IMG/VR virus record: IMGVR_UViG_2687453341_000008
Length of the DNA: 64,000 bases
Source of the DNA: a virus
Taxonomy: Duplodnaviria; Caudoviricetes
Strand: one strand, 5' to 3'
Made by a program: the position numbers and the translations under genes. The notes under the pieces are model-generated. The model did not search any database, was not told the DNA's origin, and was given only the letters and a program-made list of their open reading frames with translations. Of this stretch, positions 1 through 9,257 are shown piece by piece (position 1 is the stretch's first letter; every line of letters starts with the position of its first letter).

Positions 1-2011
1 AGTTTCCAGAACTAAAGTCTTCGTTTCTGCGGAACGATGGATGAGCATCAAGCTCTTCGTAAGCATTACGATATCGGGCTATCTCCTGTTTCGTTTCCAT
101 TTGCGCCACAACGATGTCTATTTTATCTCTCGTGACAATATTCATCGCATGGTCTATATTGTAGAACAACATGGGCTGTGTCACAAAATATTGACGTCGC
201 GACCCGAAAAACGGGTACGACCTCTCATCAAACACTAATACTCGATGCGGATTCTTATCGAACCTCGTAAAAACTGCAGAACGACTATAGCGATAAAAAT
301 GTTCAGCAAGCCCCTCATGCCAACGACGCTCTAAATAAGCGATCCCTATCGCAGCCGACACAGCCAATGCAACAGCGACAGTAGCCCGCTTCAATAATGC
401 ATAACGATACGGGGGGCGACAAACAATACCCATGTAGCTGAGTTGCACAACAGGAATAATCAAGAATATTGCGATACTAACCCCAAGCCATTGTGCGATG
501 CGGAATTGAGAAATACTTGTAATCAGGTACACGGTAGGAGCTCCGCCTATCAAGAGCAAGGTGCCGTTTTCCAGCACGGGGTATCTGGCAATTACTATCG
601 ACAATCCTTTTGCTATACCAAAAAACCCCAATAACAATGAAAAAACCCAAAACGTTAAACCGTATCTCGCTGTAGTATAACCCCAACGAAGATGATTTAA
701 TGTTCCTGGCTGATCCTCGACAAGCATTGGCGTAATTAACAATACCACTCCGCAGGAAAAATATGGTAATGTCCATTCAGCGACAATATTCCAAGAACGA
801 GTGCGCCGGGACGACAAGGCAAAAAGCACGGTACTCGGTGCCACACCAAACGCGAACAGCATTGCCAGACCAAAGTGCTTCGCAATTGCAGCGAGCACAA
901 GATCCATTGTTTGCCAGTTTAGGTGATACAAGAGAGTTGTTCGATGAATACCGGGGTATGGCACTCGGTCTGTAAAATCACTTGATCCAATTGGGTAGAA
1001 CGGATTGCCTGTCATCACGAAATTGCGTCCAAACCAAAAAGCTCCGATTGAGATAAATGGGACAACAAACCCGATCCAATTGCTTGCCGAGACGGCATTG
1101 CGGTCCACTCCTCGCAATGAACGAACGACGAGCAATGAAGGAAGAATGATCGCATAAGGAATCGCATAGTATTTAATGCCGACAAGAACTCCCGTCGTAA
1201 TGCCAAATAGAAGAAAAGCCATCTGACCACGAAAGCGAGTGAGTTCGTAATACGCAAGGGAAGCGAAGAAAAAGGACGCCACTGGCAAATCATTGGAAGC
1301 ATCAATCGTCTGACGCATTGTGACCAAGCTTGCGACGGAAAGAAAAGCAGCTAGGTATTGCCATTTGCACCTGAGCCCCAATCGTTTAGATAAAACTACG
1401 ATTGAACAAAAGAGAATCAGAACCGCAGGCAGGTTGTTCAATGCAATCAAATAATCCCCCGAGAAGGGAACTGCAAACCACGCACCCAATAATTCACTCG
1501 TTGCTGGCATTGACCACCGTGCAGAATGCGTCGAATACAAACTCTCTGCTTGTATCCAGTGATCGATAAACGGCAGGTGATACATCAGATTGTCCCAATC
1601 CGATGGCCAACGCAGGAACCCATTCAAAAGAATGTTTCCAGCAAGTAATGAAATCGCCACCCATGAAATGAAGTATACGAATCGACATCTTTTCCGTGTC
1701 TTCGATCTCGTTTTGGTCGTATGTAACCCATTGTATCGATACAAGAGAATGCGGAGCACGATCGCGGTAAGGCCCACGGACGCAAGAACTCCGAATCGAT
1801 GAAAGATTACGAATCCACCGGCTATGAACTCGGCAACTAACAATATACCGACGTAGAGCACGCACATGTGCAAAAGTCGTTCAGCTCCATAACAACGAGG
1901 ACACAAAGCGAGCATAGCGCCACGAACCACTTGGAACACTAGATAGTTAATAGCTATCCAGACAATCGCAACACCTGCGTCCCCTGTGGTCAGAGATTCA
2001 ATTATATCCAT
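1..2011 (-). CDS. Polytopic membrane GT-C-type (ArnT/PMT-like) glycosyltransferase, partial (runs off left edge)
   Basis: Hand translation from ATG 2011 (MDIIESL...) is open down to ~1140, with many TM segments, WPSDWDNLMYHLP and GIKY motifs. Its absence from the ORF track is consistent with no stop before the window edge. Confidence 0.7.
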   Translation of the reverse strand, partial: MDIIESLTTGDAGVAIVWIAINYLVFQVVRGAMLALCPRCYGAERLLHMCVLYVGILLVAEFIAGGFVIFHRFGVLASVGLTAIVLRILLYRYNGLHTTKTRSKTRKRCRFVYFISWVAISLLAGNILLNGFLRWPSDWDNLMYHLPFIDHWIQAESLYSTHSARWSMPATSELLGAWFAVPFSGDYLIALNNLPAVLILFCSIVVLSKRLGLRCKWQYLAAFLSVASLVTMRQTIDASNDLPVASFFFASLAYYELTRFRGQMAFLLFGITTGVLVGIKYYAIPYAIILPSLLVVRSLRGVDRNAVSASNWIGFVVPFISIGAFWFGRNFVMTGNPFYPIGSSDFTDRVPYPGIHRTTLLYHLNWQTMDLVLAAIAKHFGLAMLFAFGVAPSTVLFALSSRRTRSWNIVAEWTLPYFSCGVVLLITPMLVEDQPGTLNHLRWGYTTARYGLTFWVFSLLLGFFGIAKGLSIVIARYPVLENGTLLLIGGAPTVYLITSISQFRIAQWLGVSIAIFLIIPVVQLSYMGIVCRPPYRYALLKRATVAVALAVSAAIGIAYLERRWHEGLAEHFYRYSRSAVFTRFDKNPHRVLVFDERSYPFFGSRRQYFVTQPMLFYNIDHAMNIVTRDKIDIVVAQMETKQEIARYRNAYEELDAHPSFRRNEDFSSGN

Positions 2012-2918
2012 AGGCTCGTTGCATTCTTCCTGCTAACAATCTGACAAGAATACGATCACTCAACGCGAGACGGTCTTTCCAACCCAAGTCACTGCGAATA
2101 TTTGCAAAATCAAAGTCTAATTTATCGGGGTTTCCACCGATTGGATGGCAACGTTCTCGAAAACCGTTTACACAGCTCGACTGAATCCCGCCTTCAACTT
2201 GAGCAGTCTGTAACACCGTCTCCAAAACTCCACTAGGATCTGTCGCAAAATCTTCATATCGGACGACAAGCGCTGGGACCTGATATCGCTCGATAAGACG
2301 ACGGATATGGGAATTAAACATACGCCAACTTATTGCGCTGACCACGGTCGGATAACGTGGCATCAAACGGTGCTCCCAGTATATCTCTAATCGCTGCTTC
2401 TTCCTTTTCCACGCGCTGACGATGGCGCGACAATCACGGACCAAATGAACTACAAATACTGGTGGTAGTTTGCGTTGCTGTTCCAATAAGACGCCGAGAT
2501 CAGTTGGATACTTGGAGGAATCGACCACAACAGGGCAATGCGTTGCATTTACGATCGCACTTAGTAACGCACTGTAATGGGTAACGTATGCGACATCGTT
2601 CATCCCTCCGAGTCGTTGGTTTAATTGGAGATTCACCATTCGGCGAAAACTACTTGACTGATTTCGGTGTAGAAGGACCTTCGAAATGTCGAAACGTTTG
2701 TACTCGCCACGAAAATTGGATTGGACGCGTGACCAATGCTTGCATTCTGAAAACCGACTGCCGCACCCGCACAATTCATCGTCGACAAACCCTCGTTTCC
2801 AAACATGCGTTAATTCTCCTGGAAAAGATATGTTGGAATTTAACGCAAGACATTGTCCTAGGAGTGTTGAGCCATTACGCCCTGTACCTGCAATGTAAAT
2901 AAGCCTTCTAGTTTCCAT
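1998..2918 (-). CDS. Sulfotransferase family protein
   Basis: 5'-PSB loop GTGRNGSTLL, VVDSSK, 3'-PB motif HLVRDCRAIVSAW, VRYEDF. Confidence 0.9.
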   Translation of the reverse strand: METRRLIYIAGTGRNGSTLLGQCLALNSNISFPGELTHVWKRGFVDDELCGCGSRFSECKHWSRVQSNFRGEYKRFDISKVLLHRNQSSSFRRMVNLQLNQRLGGMNDVAYVTHYSALLSAIVNATHCPVVVDSSKYPTDLGVLLEQQRKLPPVFVVHLVRDCRAIVSAWKRKKQRLEIYWEHRLMPRYPTVVSAISWRMFNSHIRRLIERYQVPALVVRYEDFATDPSGVLETVLQTAQVEGGIQSSCVNGFRERCHPIGGNPDKLDFDFANIRSDLGWKDRLALSDRILVRLLAGRMQRAYGYN

Positions 2919-2931
2919 CTTAAAACAATTA

Positions 2932-3990
2932 TTAGCGGTTTATAGACCCATACCTATATCGTGAGAGAAAACCACGCCAAAGCTTTGTACTCGGGCCATA
3001 ACCCCCTGTAAGCATGCGATCGGTCAGGAAATCGCAGTCGAGCGCCATTACTTGACTTGGGTGATGTCTGTGTTGCGCCGATAGAGAACCGGCTGCCAAA
3101 TCCCAAATCCCCACAGAAAAGTCAGACGATGCCGATATCAAGGTTGTACCATCCGGGGAAAAATGCAATCGATTTATCTCGCCCCAATGACCGTACAACT
3201 CTTTAACCTTCGCCTTCGTTACTAGGTCGATAATCTTAATTACCCGTTGCTTTCCCCCAATTGCGAGTTCGGAACGGCCGGGGCGAAATGCCGTTGCAAA
3301 TATTGGCCCTTTCCTAGCTTCGCCCCCGACTATAATCTGTGGGCCTTCCTCGTACTTCCAATTCCAACAATAGACATCTCCAGTGGCACTGCCAAACGCA
3401 AGTTGATTACCTGTAGCGTCAAAGGAAACGCGGTGCAATTGGTTGTTACCGACCTTAGATCGCCTGAGGTTTTTACGCGTTTCAAGGTCCCAAACGGTAA
3501 CATACCATACATTTTTTAGACTACTGAGAGTTGCCATAAGTTTGCCACTCGAGTCTAAGACCGTATTTAGAACTTCTCCTCCCTTTTCAATCTCCAGTTT
3601 GGATGATTCCGTTCCGTTGTCGATATCCCAAAACTTAATCGTTCCGTCTAGAGATGATGATATCAGCGTTTTGCCGTCCGGCGTTCGATCGATAGCTGTG
3701 ATCGGTGCTCGATGGCCAGCTAAAAAGAGGGGGTTCTTTCCATTTGAATCACAAATGCAGATGTGCGTATAGCTCATTGTAGCGACACGATTTGTGCCAG
3801 GTAGTAAACGACAATCCATGATTGGACTGCTGTGATTCCCAAGTTCTCGAGGATTCAGCGTCTGCAAATAGCGGACAAACAACACCGATCCCCATCCGAG
3901 CAGTGAAAAACTCGAAATTACGATAACTGTTGCTAACAATCGCTTCACCGGCATTTGTCGGGTTACTTTTTGCAGCTTCATCGTCGTCAA
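2932..3990 (-). CDS. WD40 repeat protein with N-terminal TM anchor
   Basis: Repeated GH...WD units (GHRAPITAI...IKFWD; GHWGEINRLHFSPDG...VGIWD). Confidence 0.9.
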   Translation of the reverse strand: MTTMKLQKVTRQMPVKRLLATVIVISSFSLLGWGSVLFVRYLQTLNPRELGNHSSPIMDCRLLPGTNRVATMSYTHICICDSNGKNPLFLAGHRAPITAIDRTPDGKTLISSSLDGTIKFWDIDNGTESSKLEIEKGGEVLNTVLDSSGKLMATLSSLKNVWYVTVWDLETRKNLRRSKVGNNQLHRVSFDATGNQLAFGSATGDVYCWNWKYEEGPQIIVGGEARKGPIFATAFRPGRSELAIGGKQRVIKIIDLVTKAKVKELYGHWGEINRLHFSPDGTTLISASSDFSVGIWDLAAGSLSAQHRHHPSQVMALDCDFLTDRMLTGGYGPSTKLWRGFLSRYRYGSINR

Positions 3991-3996
3991 CCTATC

Positions 3997-4959
3997 CTAA
4001 TCGGGGATCGCAACGGTTTCAGCAGCACTGCTGGTGAAAATAGCGACAAGCGTATTAGTGTCGATTCTTTGACTCCAGAAACGGACAGATCCGTCACAAG
4101 ATACCATCTGCGCTCCACCACCGGCGTGAAGGCTTCGAGGCCCTGCATTGGAGAATGCGTTGTTCTGAAAGTTGCATGGCAATATAGAGTCGCCAAACGC
4201 ACAAAAAGGAATCCATTCTCGCACCGGATCCCCGTTAATGCCTTGGCACTGCATATCGCAATCCAGTCCAAGCATCGAGGAACCTGGCGCATGGAATGCC
4301 CACACGCCCCTGTTGTCAGCTCGATTTGGATGAGCGAGTAATTCAGAGACAGCAATTGTCGTGGAAAGACCATCGATGATACTGCCCAATCGAAGGAATG
4401 AGTTCTGTCCCATGACTCCTCGAAACTCGTGTTGTTTCCAGAAGGTCGCACCCCAAGAAGCGGCTCCGTAGTTTGCCGCGTAGTTGGCACGTGCAAAACG
4501 AACACCAGTCATGGACTCGAACTCCGAGGCACTATTGAACGCGTCGGATGGGCAAAGTAATGTGGGGATACGCGTCGTTCTAAACCTTGCAAATGGCTCG
4601 CTGTCGATGGACTGTCTATTGTCGAACTGCTCAGCAATGCTAGTCCCCTCGATCATAGGAAGTATTGCGATCGACCATGTTGTAAACGGAAACTGACGGC
4701 CTTCGTCGAGATACCCCGCAGGTCGGATTGCAGCAGCAGGCAAATTTTTATACACCGATTCATAACTTACAATCGCAAGACCAATTTGTTTCAAGTTGTT
4801 TTGGCAATGCGATTTCCTTGCCGACTCACGAGCGACCTGCACAGCCGGTACGAGTATTCCAGCCAAAGTTCCAATTATAGCAATAACGACCAGCATCTCT
4901 ACGAGCGTTATCGCTCGCCGTTTCGAACAGGCAATCTTAATTCGCGAATACACGAGCAC
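3997..4959 (-). CDS. DUF1559 prepilin-type N-terminal cleavage protein (Planctomycete)
   Basis: AITLVEMLVVIAIIGTLAGILVPAVQVARESAR..CQNNLKQIGLA; C-terminal H.GG....CDGSVRF. Confidence 0.95.
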   Translation of the reverse strand: MLVYSRIKIACSKRRAITLVEMLVVIAIIGTLAGILVPAVQVARESARKSHCQNNLKQIGLAIVSYESVYKNLPAAAIRPAGYLDEGRQFPFTTWSIAILPMIEGTSIAEQFDNRQSIDSEPFARFRTTRIPTLLCPSDAFNSASEFESMTGVRFARANYAANYGAASWGATFWKQHEFRGVMGQNSFLRLGSIIDGLSTTIAVSELLAHPNRADNRGVWAFHAPGSSMLGLDCDMQCQGINGDPVREWIPFCAFGDSILPCNFQNNAFSNAGPRSLHAGGGAQMVSCDGSVRFWSQRIDTNTLVAIFTSSAAETVAIPD

Positions 4960-4998
4960 CCTCTTACTTTCAACTGTTATGTTTTAAATGGATCCAAC

Positions 4999-5970
4999 TC
5001 ACTTGGCTCGCTTTCTTAATAACTTGTACCCAAGAGCAATCAGACAGGCGCCAGTTGCCAGAAAAATCCAGGCAATTCTTGTCATGCCCCTCTTCTTGGG
5101 ATTGACTCCGTAGTATTCCATTGTGAACGACTTCGCCGGAGGTGGATCGAATGAAATGTCGCGATACCTCAAGTGCGTTGTTTCACCGAACCGATTCGCT
5201 CCACTTATGTCACTCAACTTGTCATTTACTTCATCAAGAGCTAATGGAGAAAGTGTCGTGTACTTGAATTCCCCAACGTGCTGGGATTTGTTTGAAAACT
5301 TTAATTCATAATTACGAATAGCCCAGTTAATGTCTCTGTCAACCACGAGGCTTCCCGATTCAAGTGTCATCTCAGACGTCGATAAAGTGGTGCTAGACCT
5401 ATGTCGAAAACGCAAATTGAACAAGTTATTCGTCCTATCAACTCGTGAAGGTTCTGAAATTTCATAATCGTCTCTAGCTAAAATATGAATAAGGTTCATT
5501 GACGCAGGTCGGAGGAAAGCGCTTCTCATCTCTAAAAGCCCATCAGAATTTGGCGGGTACGATCCATCATACTCTTCAAAATCGATCTGAAAGCCATTTG
5601 CTTGCCCTAGCCTGCTCAATACGAATGAACTTTTTGGTGACTTGCACACGACCGATCTGAATCCGTCTTTTTTATTTTCTCGATCTTTAACTAGTTCAGT
5701 ATCTAGCAAGCTAAACACGCCGTCCGACCTGACGAAATATCTTGTGACTGAATTCAACTCAATCCTTTTGCCAGTGTTATTCATAAAAAGAGATTGGGTT
5801 TTTTCAATTTCCGCAGAATATGCACCGGAACATTGAGACTCAAGAGAACGCCACCCCTGGATAACAATTTGAGCCGTCGGCGTAGTTTCATCAACTTGTG
5901 TCGATTGCCAGCCTCCGAGTCCAGTAGCGAACACAGAATGAAGCAACAACAGCATGGAAATGCACATCAC
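4999..5970 (-). CDS. Secreted protein with C-terminal TM anchor
   Basis: N-terminal signal-like segment; C-terminal TM helix followed by basic tail (KLLRKRAK). Confidence 0.7.
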   Translation of the reverse strand: MMCISMLLLLHSVFATGLGGWQSTQVDETTPTAQIVIQGWRSLESQCSGAYSAEIEKTQSLFMNNTGKRIELNSVTRYFVRSDGVFSLLDTELVKDRENKKDGFRSVVCKSPKSSFVLSRLGQANGFQIDFEEYDGSYPPNSDGLLEMRSAFLRPASMNLIHILARDDYEISEPSRVDRTNNLFNLRFRHRSSTTLSTSEMTLESGSLVVDRDINWAIRNYELKFSNKSQHVGEFKYTTLSPLALDEVNDKLSDISGANRFGETTHLRYRDISFDPPPAKSFTMEYYGVNPKKRGMTRIAWIFLATGACLIALGYKLLRKRAK

Positions 5971-6000
5971 ATGAGTCCTAACGGTCCAAGAATCTTGAAG

Positions 6001-6033
6001 TGGCGGCCTAGGCCTAACAAGGCTAGGCCGCCA
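6001..6033. terminator. GC-rich hairpin downstream of the Cys-rich peptide gene (terminator or transcript stabiliser)
   Basis: TGGCGGCCTAG (6001-6011) / CTAGGCCGCCA (6023-6033) inverted repeat; no strong U-tract on the minus strand. Confidence 0.55.
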
Positions 6034-6051
6034 AGAAAAAACAATTATCGC

Positions 6052-6288
6052 CTAATAGCAGATTGAGCATGGCGGCAATCCACCACATCCATTACACCAG
6101 CACGAATATCCAGTCGCTTGACAACGACATAACTTGCTGTTTGTTGACGGGTTTTGCACCTCTTGGCAACCGCAGGCATTATTACAGAAAAAGGACTCGT
6201 CCGATCCGACGGATATTTCCGACATCGATACAAATGCCATGAAGATACCGAACGAGATGGATGCGTACCCCACCATTTGCCTCATCAT
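6052..6288 (-). CDS. Small secreted cysteine-rich peptide (10 Cys)
   Basis: Hydrophobic leader, then ~45 aa with 10 Cys; purine-rich RBS upstream; co-oriented with the cluster. Confidence 0.7.
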   Translation of the reverse strand: MMRQMVGYASISFGIFMAFVSMSEISVGSDESFFCNNACGCQEVQNPSTNSKLCRCQATGYSCWCNGCGGLPPCSICY

Positions 6289-6371
6289 GAAACTACCCCA
6301 CTTCTATCTTACCAAACGAAATTTAGCGTTCAACCGACATGAACGCTACGTAAAACCGCTTTGCTTGCGAA

Positions 6372-6800
6372 TCACTCTTGAAGCTTCACAGTAATTGGAT
6401 GATCTGCGTTTTTTGTGTCAACAAGTACAAAACGGTAATTCAATTGCGATGTCGATCGTCGTTCGCGTAGTGTTAGATCTTTTGAATCAAAAGCTTTCAA
6501 TTGGAACGACTCAGGAGCTAATTGAGCGCACTCACAAGCGGAAATCGTGCGTTCTATATTAATCGTGCTGCCAGAGAGATTGCGAATAGAAACGGTCCAA
6601 TCAACAAAATCGCTCGATGAGTTATTCGGGTCTGCCGAGCGAACCTTTTCCGCAACAAGAACTACTCCACGAAGATTGAGACGCATTGAATGAATGGATC
6701 CCCACCGCCATAGAGCGAATAGAAAAATGCACAACGTAAGAAACAGGACGGTAACTACATGCTTTAACCAGTGCTCCCATATATTCTTACCCCAGGTCAT
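6372..6800 (-). CDS. DUF1573-like membrane-anchored Ig-fold protein
   Basis: TM helix then IRNLSGSTINIERTISACEC (N...SCxC pattern). Confidence 0.6.
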   Translation of the reverse strand: MTWGKNIWEHWLKHVVTVLFLTLCIFLFALWRWGSIHSMRLNLRGVVLVAEKVRSADPNNSSSDFVDWTVSIRNLSGSTINIERTISACECAQLAPESFQLKAFDSKDLTLRERRSTSQLNYRFVLVDTKNADHPITVKLQE

Positions 6801-6919
6801 AACGATTCAGTCCTTTATTCCTAGTTTCTGGATTTCGCATTGATGCGGTGCGGAGTGTTCTCTGCAGTCAAAATCTTTAGTGCAGCAAAAGAACAGAAGT
6901 CAACTACCTTCGTAAACGT

Positions 6920-7726
6920 TTAAGCTTTGTTTGTTATCGAACTGCGGAACAGCAGACGTAAATGTCTGCAGCCATCGCGAAAGCTTCTTAAATGCGGCCT
7001 CCTGTCTCGCCCATCACGATGCAGCTTCACTGGAATCTCGTCCATACGAAGCTTCATTTGCCCCGCTCGCAAAACCATCTCGCTCGCAAATTCCATACCC
7101 GAGCTACGCAGCCCCAGCTGCAAAATCGCCTCGCGATTGAATCCGCGAAGCCCACAGTGCCAATCGCGGCAAGGTGTACGATACAGAAGCCGACCAATAC
7201 CACTCAATACGGGATTGCCAATGTATCGATGATGCCACGGCATTGCGCCATGCTCAATCCCGCCGAGGAATCGATTGCCAAGAACAAGCTCATAACCGCA
7301 TTCAAGCTTGTCGATAAAACGAGGCACTTCACCGAAGTCGTAACTACAATCACTATCACCCATGACAATATACTTTCCACGAGCGGTGGCGATCCCTCCC
7401 ATTAGTGCCGCACCATACCCCTTCAAATCGACATGCACAACGCATGCACCGTTGGAGCTTGCAATGTCCTGCGACCCATCCGTACTGCCGTTGTCAGCAA
7501 TGATTATCTCATAACCGACCGAAGCATTGACTGCCAATTCGTCGGGTCCGATTGCGTGTTTGGCCAAAGCGAACCTGCAGCCTACGTGCGCTTGATTAAT
7601 GCATCCACCTATCGTTCTCGACTCGTTTAAACAGGGCATAACGACCGATATCAGAATGTCATTATCGAATTTTTCCGATCTTGAACTAGCATCTACAGCG
7701 ACGACATGAGGTAATATGGTATTCAT
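6920..7726 (-). CDS. GT2 glycosyltransferase (polyprenol-phosphate sugar synthase, DPM1-like)
   Basis: SVVMPCLNE, ADNGSTDGS, GYGAAL, MGDSD, DWHCGLRG. Confidence 0.95.
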   Translation of the reverse strand: MNTILPHVVAVDASSRSEKFDNDILISVVMPCLNESRTIGGCINQAHVGCRFALAKHAIGPDELAVNASVGYEIIIADNGSTDGSQDIASSNGACVVHVDLKGYGAALMGGIATARGKYIVMGDSDCSYDFGEVPRFIDKLECGYELVLGNRFLGGIEHGAMPWHHRYIGNPVLSGIGRLLYRTPCRDWHCGLRGFNREAILQLGLRSSGMEFASEMVLRAGQMKLRMDEIPVKLHRDGRDRRPHLRSFRDGCRHLRLLFRSSITNKA

Positions 7727-8265
7727 GCCTTCAACTCCGGACGAAACGAGAGCAAGAACTGAATCTCGACAATGCGAATAGTTGAGTCAGATAATCTGAT
7801 GGACAACTCGACAGCCAATGATGATATTCGACGCTCACCTGCAGAAGCCGGCTTTGTCACGAAATCGATACGAATCGCTTCTTTTTGTAGATTTGCCGAT
7901 GCTTGGTACTTGACAACGCTAGGAACAGCACATTCACATGATGACCACACGGAGGCAATTGCCGAGTCAGCTATTTTCAGCTTTTCAGTCGGAATGGCGA
8001 CATAACTGGTCTCGCCTGCGAATACAACTCCAAGGTCATAGAGTATTTTGCTATCGAATGTGTTGGCTGATTGAATCGTACCCGCATACGCACAATCAGC
8101 ACGAGATGAAGTTTCGACCGCAGACCGATTGCACCCAATCGTCATCGTCGCAATCGCTGGCAATAGAGATAACGTAAAACTCCGCAAAATCGGAAGGGCA
8201 TGATGGGATGATGACATAATGGGCATGAAGGATTCCGAAAAAAAGGATCGGGTTGCTGGAATCAA
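7723..8265 (-). CDS. DUF1573-like putative lipoprotein
   Basis: Lipobox-like TIGC; YDLGVV and SSCEC motifs; start codon uncertain. Confidence 0.55.
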   Translation of the reverse strand: MIPATRSFFSESFMPIMSSSHHALPILRSFTLSLLPAIATMTIGCNRSAVETSSRADCAYAGTIQSANTFDSKILYDLGVVFAGETSYVAIPTEKLKIADSAIASVWSSCECAVPSVVKYQASANLQKEAIRIDFVTKPASAGERRISSLAVELSIRLSDSTIRIVEIQFLLSFRPELKA

Positions 8266-8642
8266 TCTATAGGAGTATTGGAACGATTCCGATAGTCCGT
8301 GTCAAGTTTTTTCTCGAAAGATTTTTCTCCGCCCTATGCAAAAGCTAGATTGCATCGAGCAAGGTGATTTTCCGAACGAAATAGCTGAGGGATCGAGAGC
8401 AGTTGGAATCAGGTTTGAGATAGCACATTGATCATTTTTGGGTGCAGATGGCTGCGGTGCAGATGGATGTTCGCTTTGCGCGCAGCAGTAAGCTCAAAAC
8501 TGAAGTGAATGTATCGAAGAAAGTGGAACGATGATTTGAGCTACGCCGCTCTGCGGCTATAGCTCTTGAGCAGTCCACCGAGCCAATTCTGTAAAGCCAT
8601 CATTTTCGACGCTCTAAATAGGTCCACACGATTCCAGGTGCG

Positions 8643-9186
8643 CTATGCAGCAAGCGCAAATGTGTTTCGCATGTCTGCATAATGATTGTTGTTGCATGTC
8701 AGCCAGTCACATGCAAGTGCGGCGAGTTCTTCCATCGTTTTGCATCGATGGTTTCTTGTGATCGTTTCGTGCAGATGCCACCATACTCTTTCAATCGGAT
8801 TCGTTTCCGGTGAGTAGGCTGGCAGGAAGTGGATTCGGATTCGATGTCCCCACTCCGCCAAATATGTCTGTACATTCTTCGATTTATGGAACGAAGCGTT
8901 GTCTCAAATCGCATGGATGCGCGAGTAACTTCGCAGTCGACGACGTAGGTCGTCCAAGTGTGTTAAGAACAAGGTCGAATTTCGTCCGGCTTGTGGTTCG
9001 CCTACCAGTAGCGTTCCCGTTCTCCAAACCAACGAGCCCGAAAGGTAAAGTTTGCGATTGTTCCCAGGTGTCTCAACTTCTGCCTGTAAACCACGAACCA
9101 TCCATTGACTGCCAATCTTTGGGTTGAGATTGATGTCCACTTCATCCTGGAAAACAGCAACTTCGTTCGCTGGCATAGAATGCAAG
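8643..9186 (-). pseudogene. IS630-family transposase remnant (5' truncated by IS21, internal stop)
   Basis: FQDEV...HAI*DNASFH...LPAYSPETNPIERVW in one frame, with TGA at 8904-8906. Confidence 0.9.
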
Positions 9187-9257
9187 TGTCAGTGAGCGCC
9201 TAAAAGGGGCCAGTTAGGGGCGCTTCAAAAGGGGCAAGTTCGACAAGAAAGGCATGG

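Noticed and set aside
41-1865. Short ORFs in the first 1.9 kb suggesting a pseudogene region
   Set aside because: They are alternative frames of one long minus-strand membrane protein gene starting at 2011 that runs off the window.
6001-6033. CGGCCTAG in the host region resembling the phage motif
   Set aside because: It is the arm of a hairpin with no -35 element.
8904-8906. In-frame TGA in IS630 as stop-codon recoding
   Set aside because: TGA ends many normal genes here and the element is already truncated; simple decay explains it.
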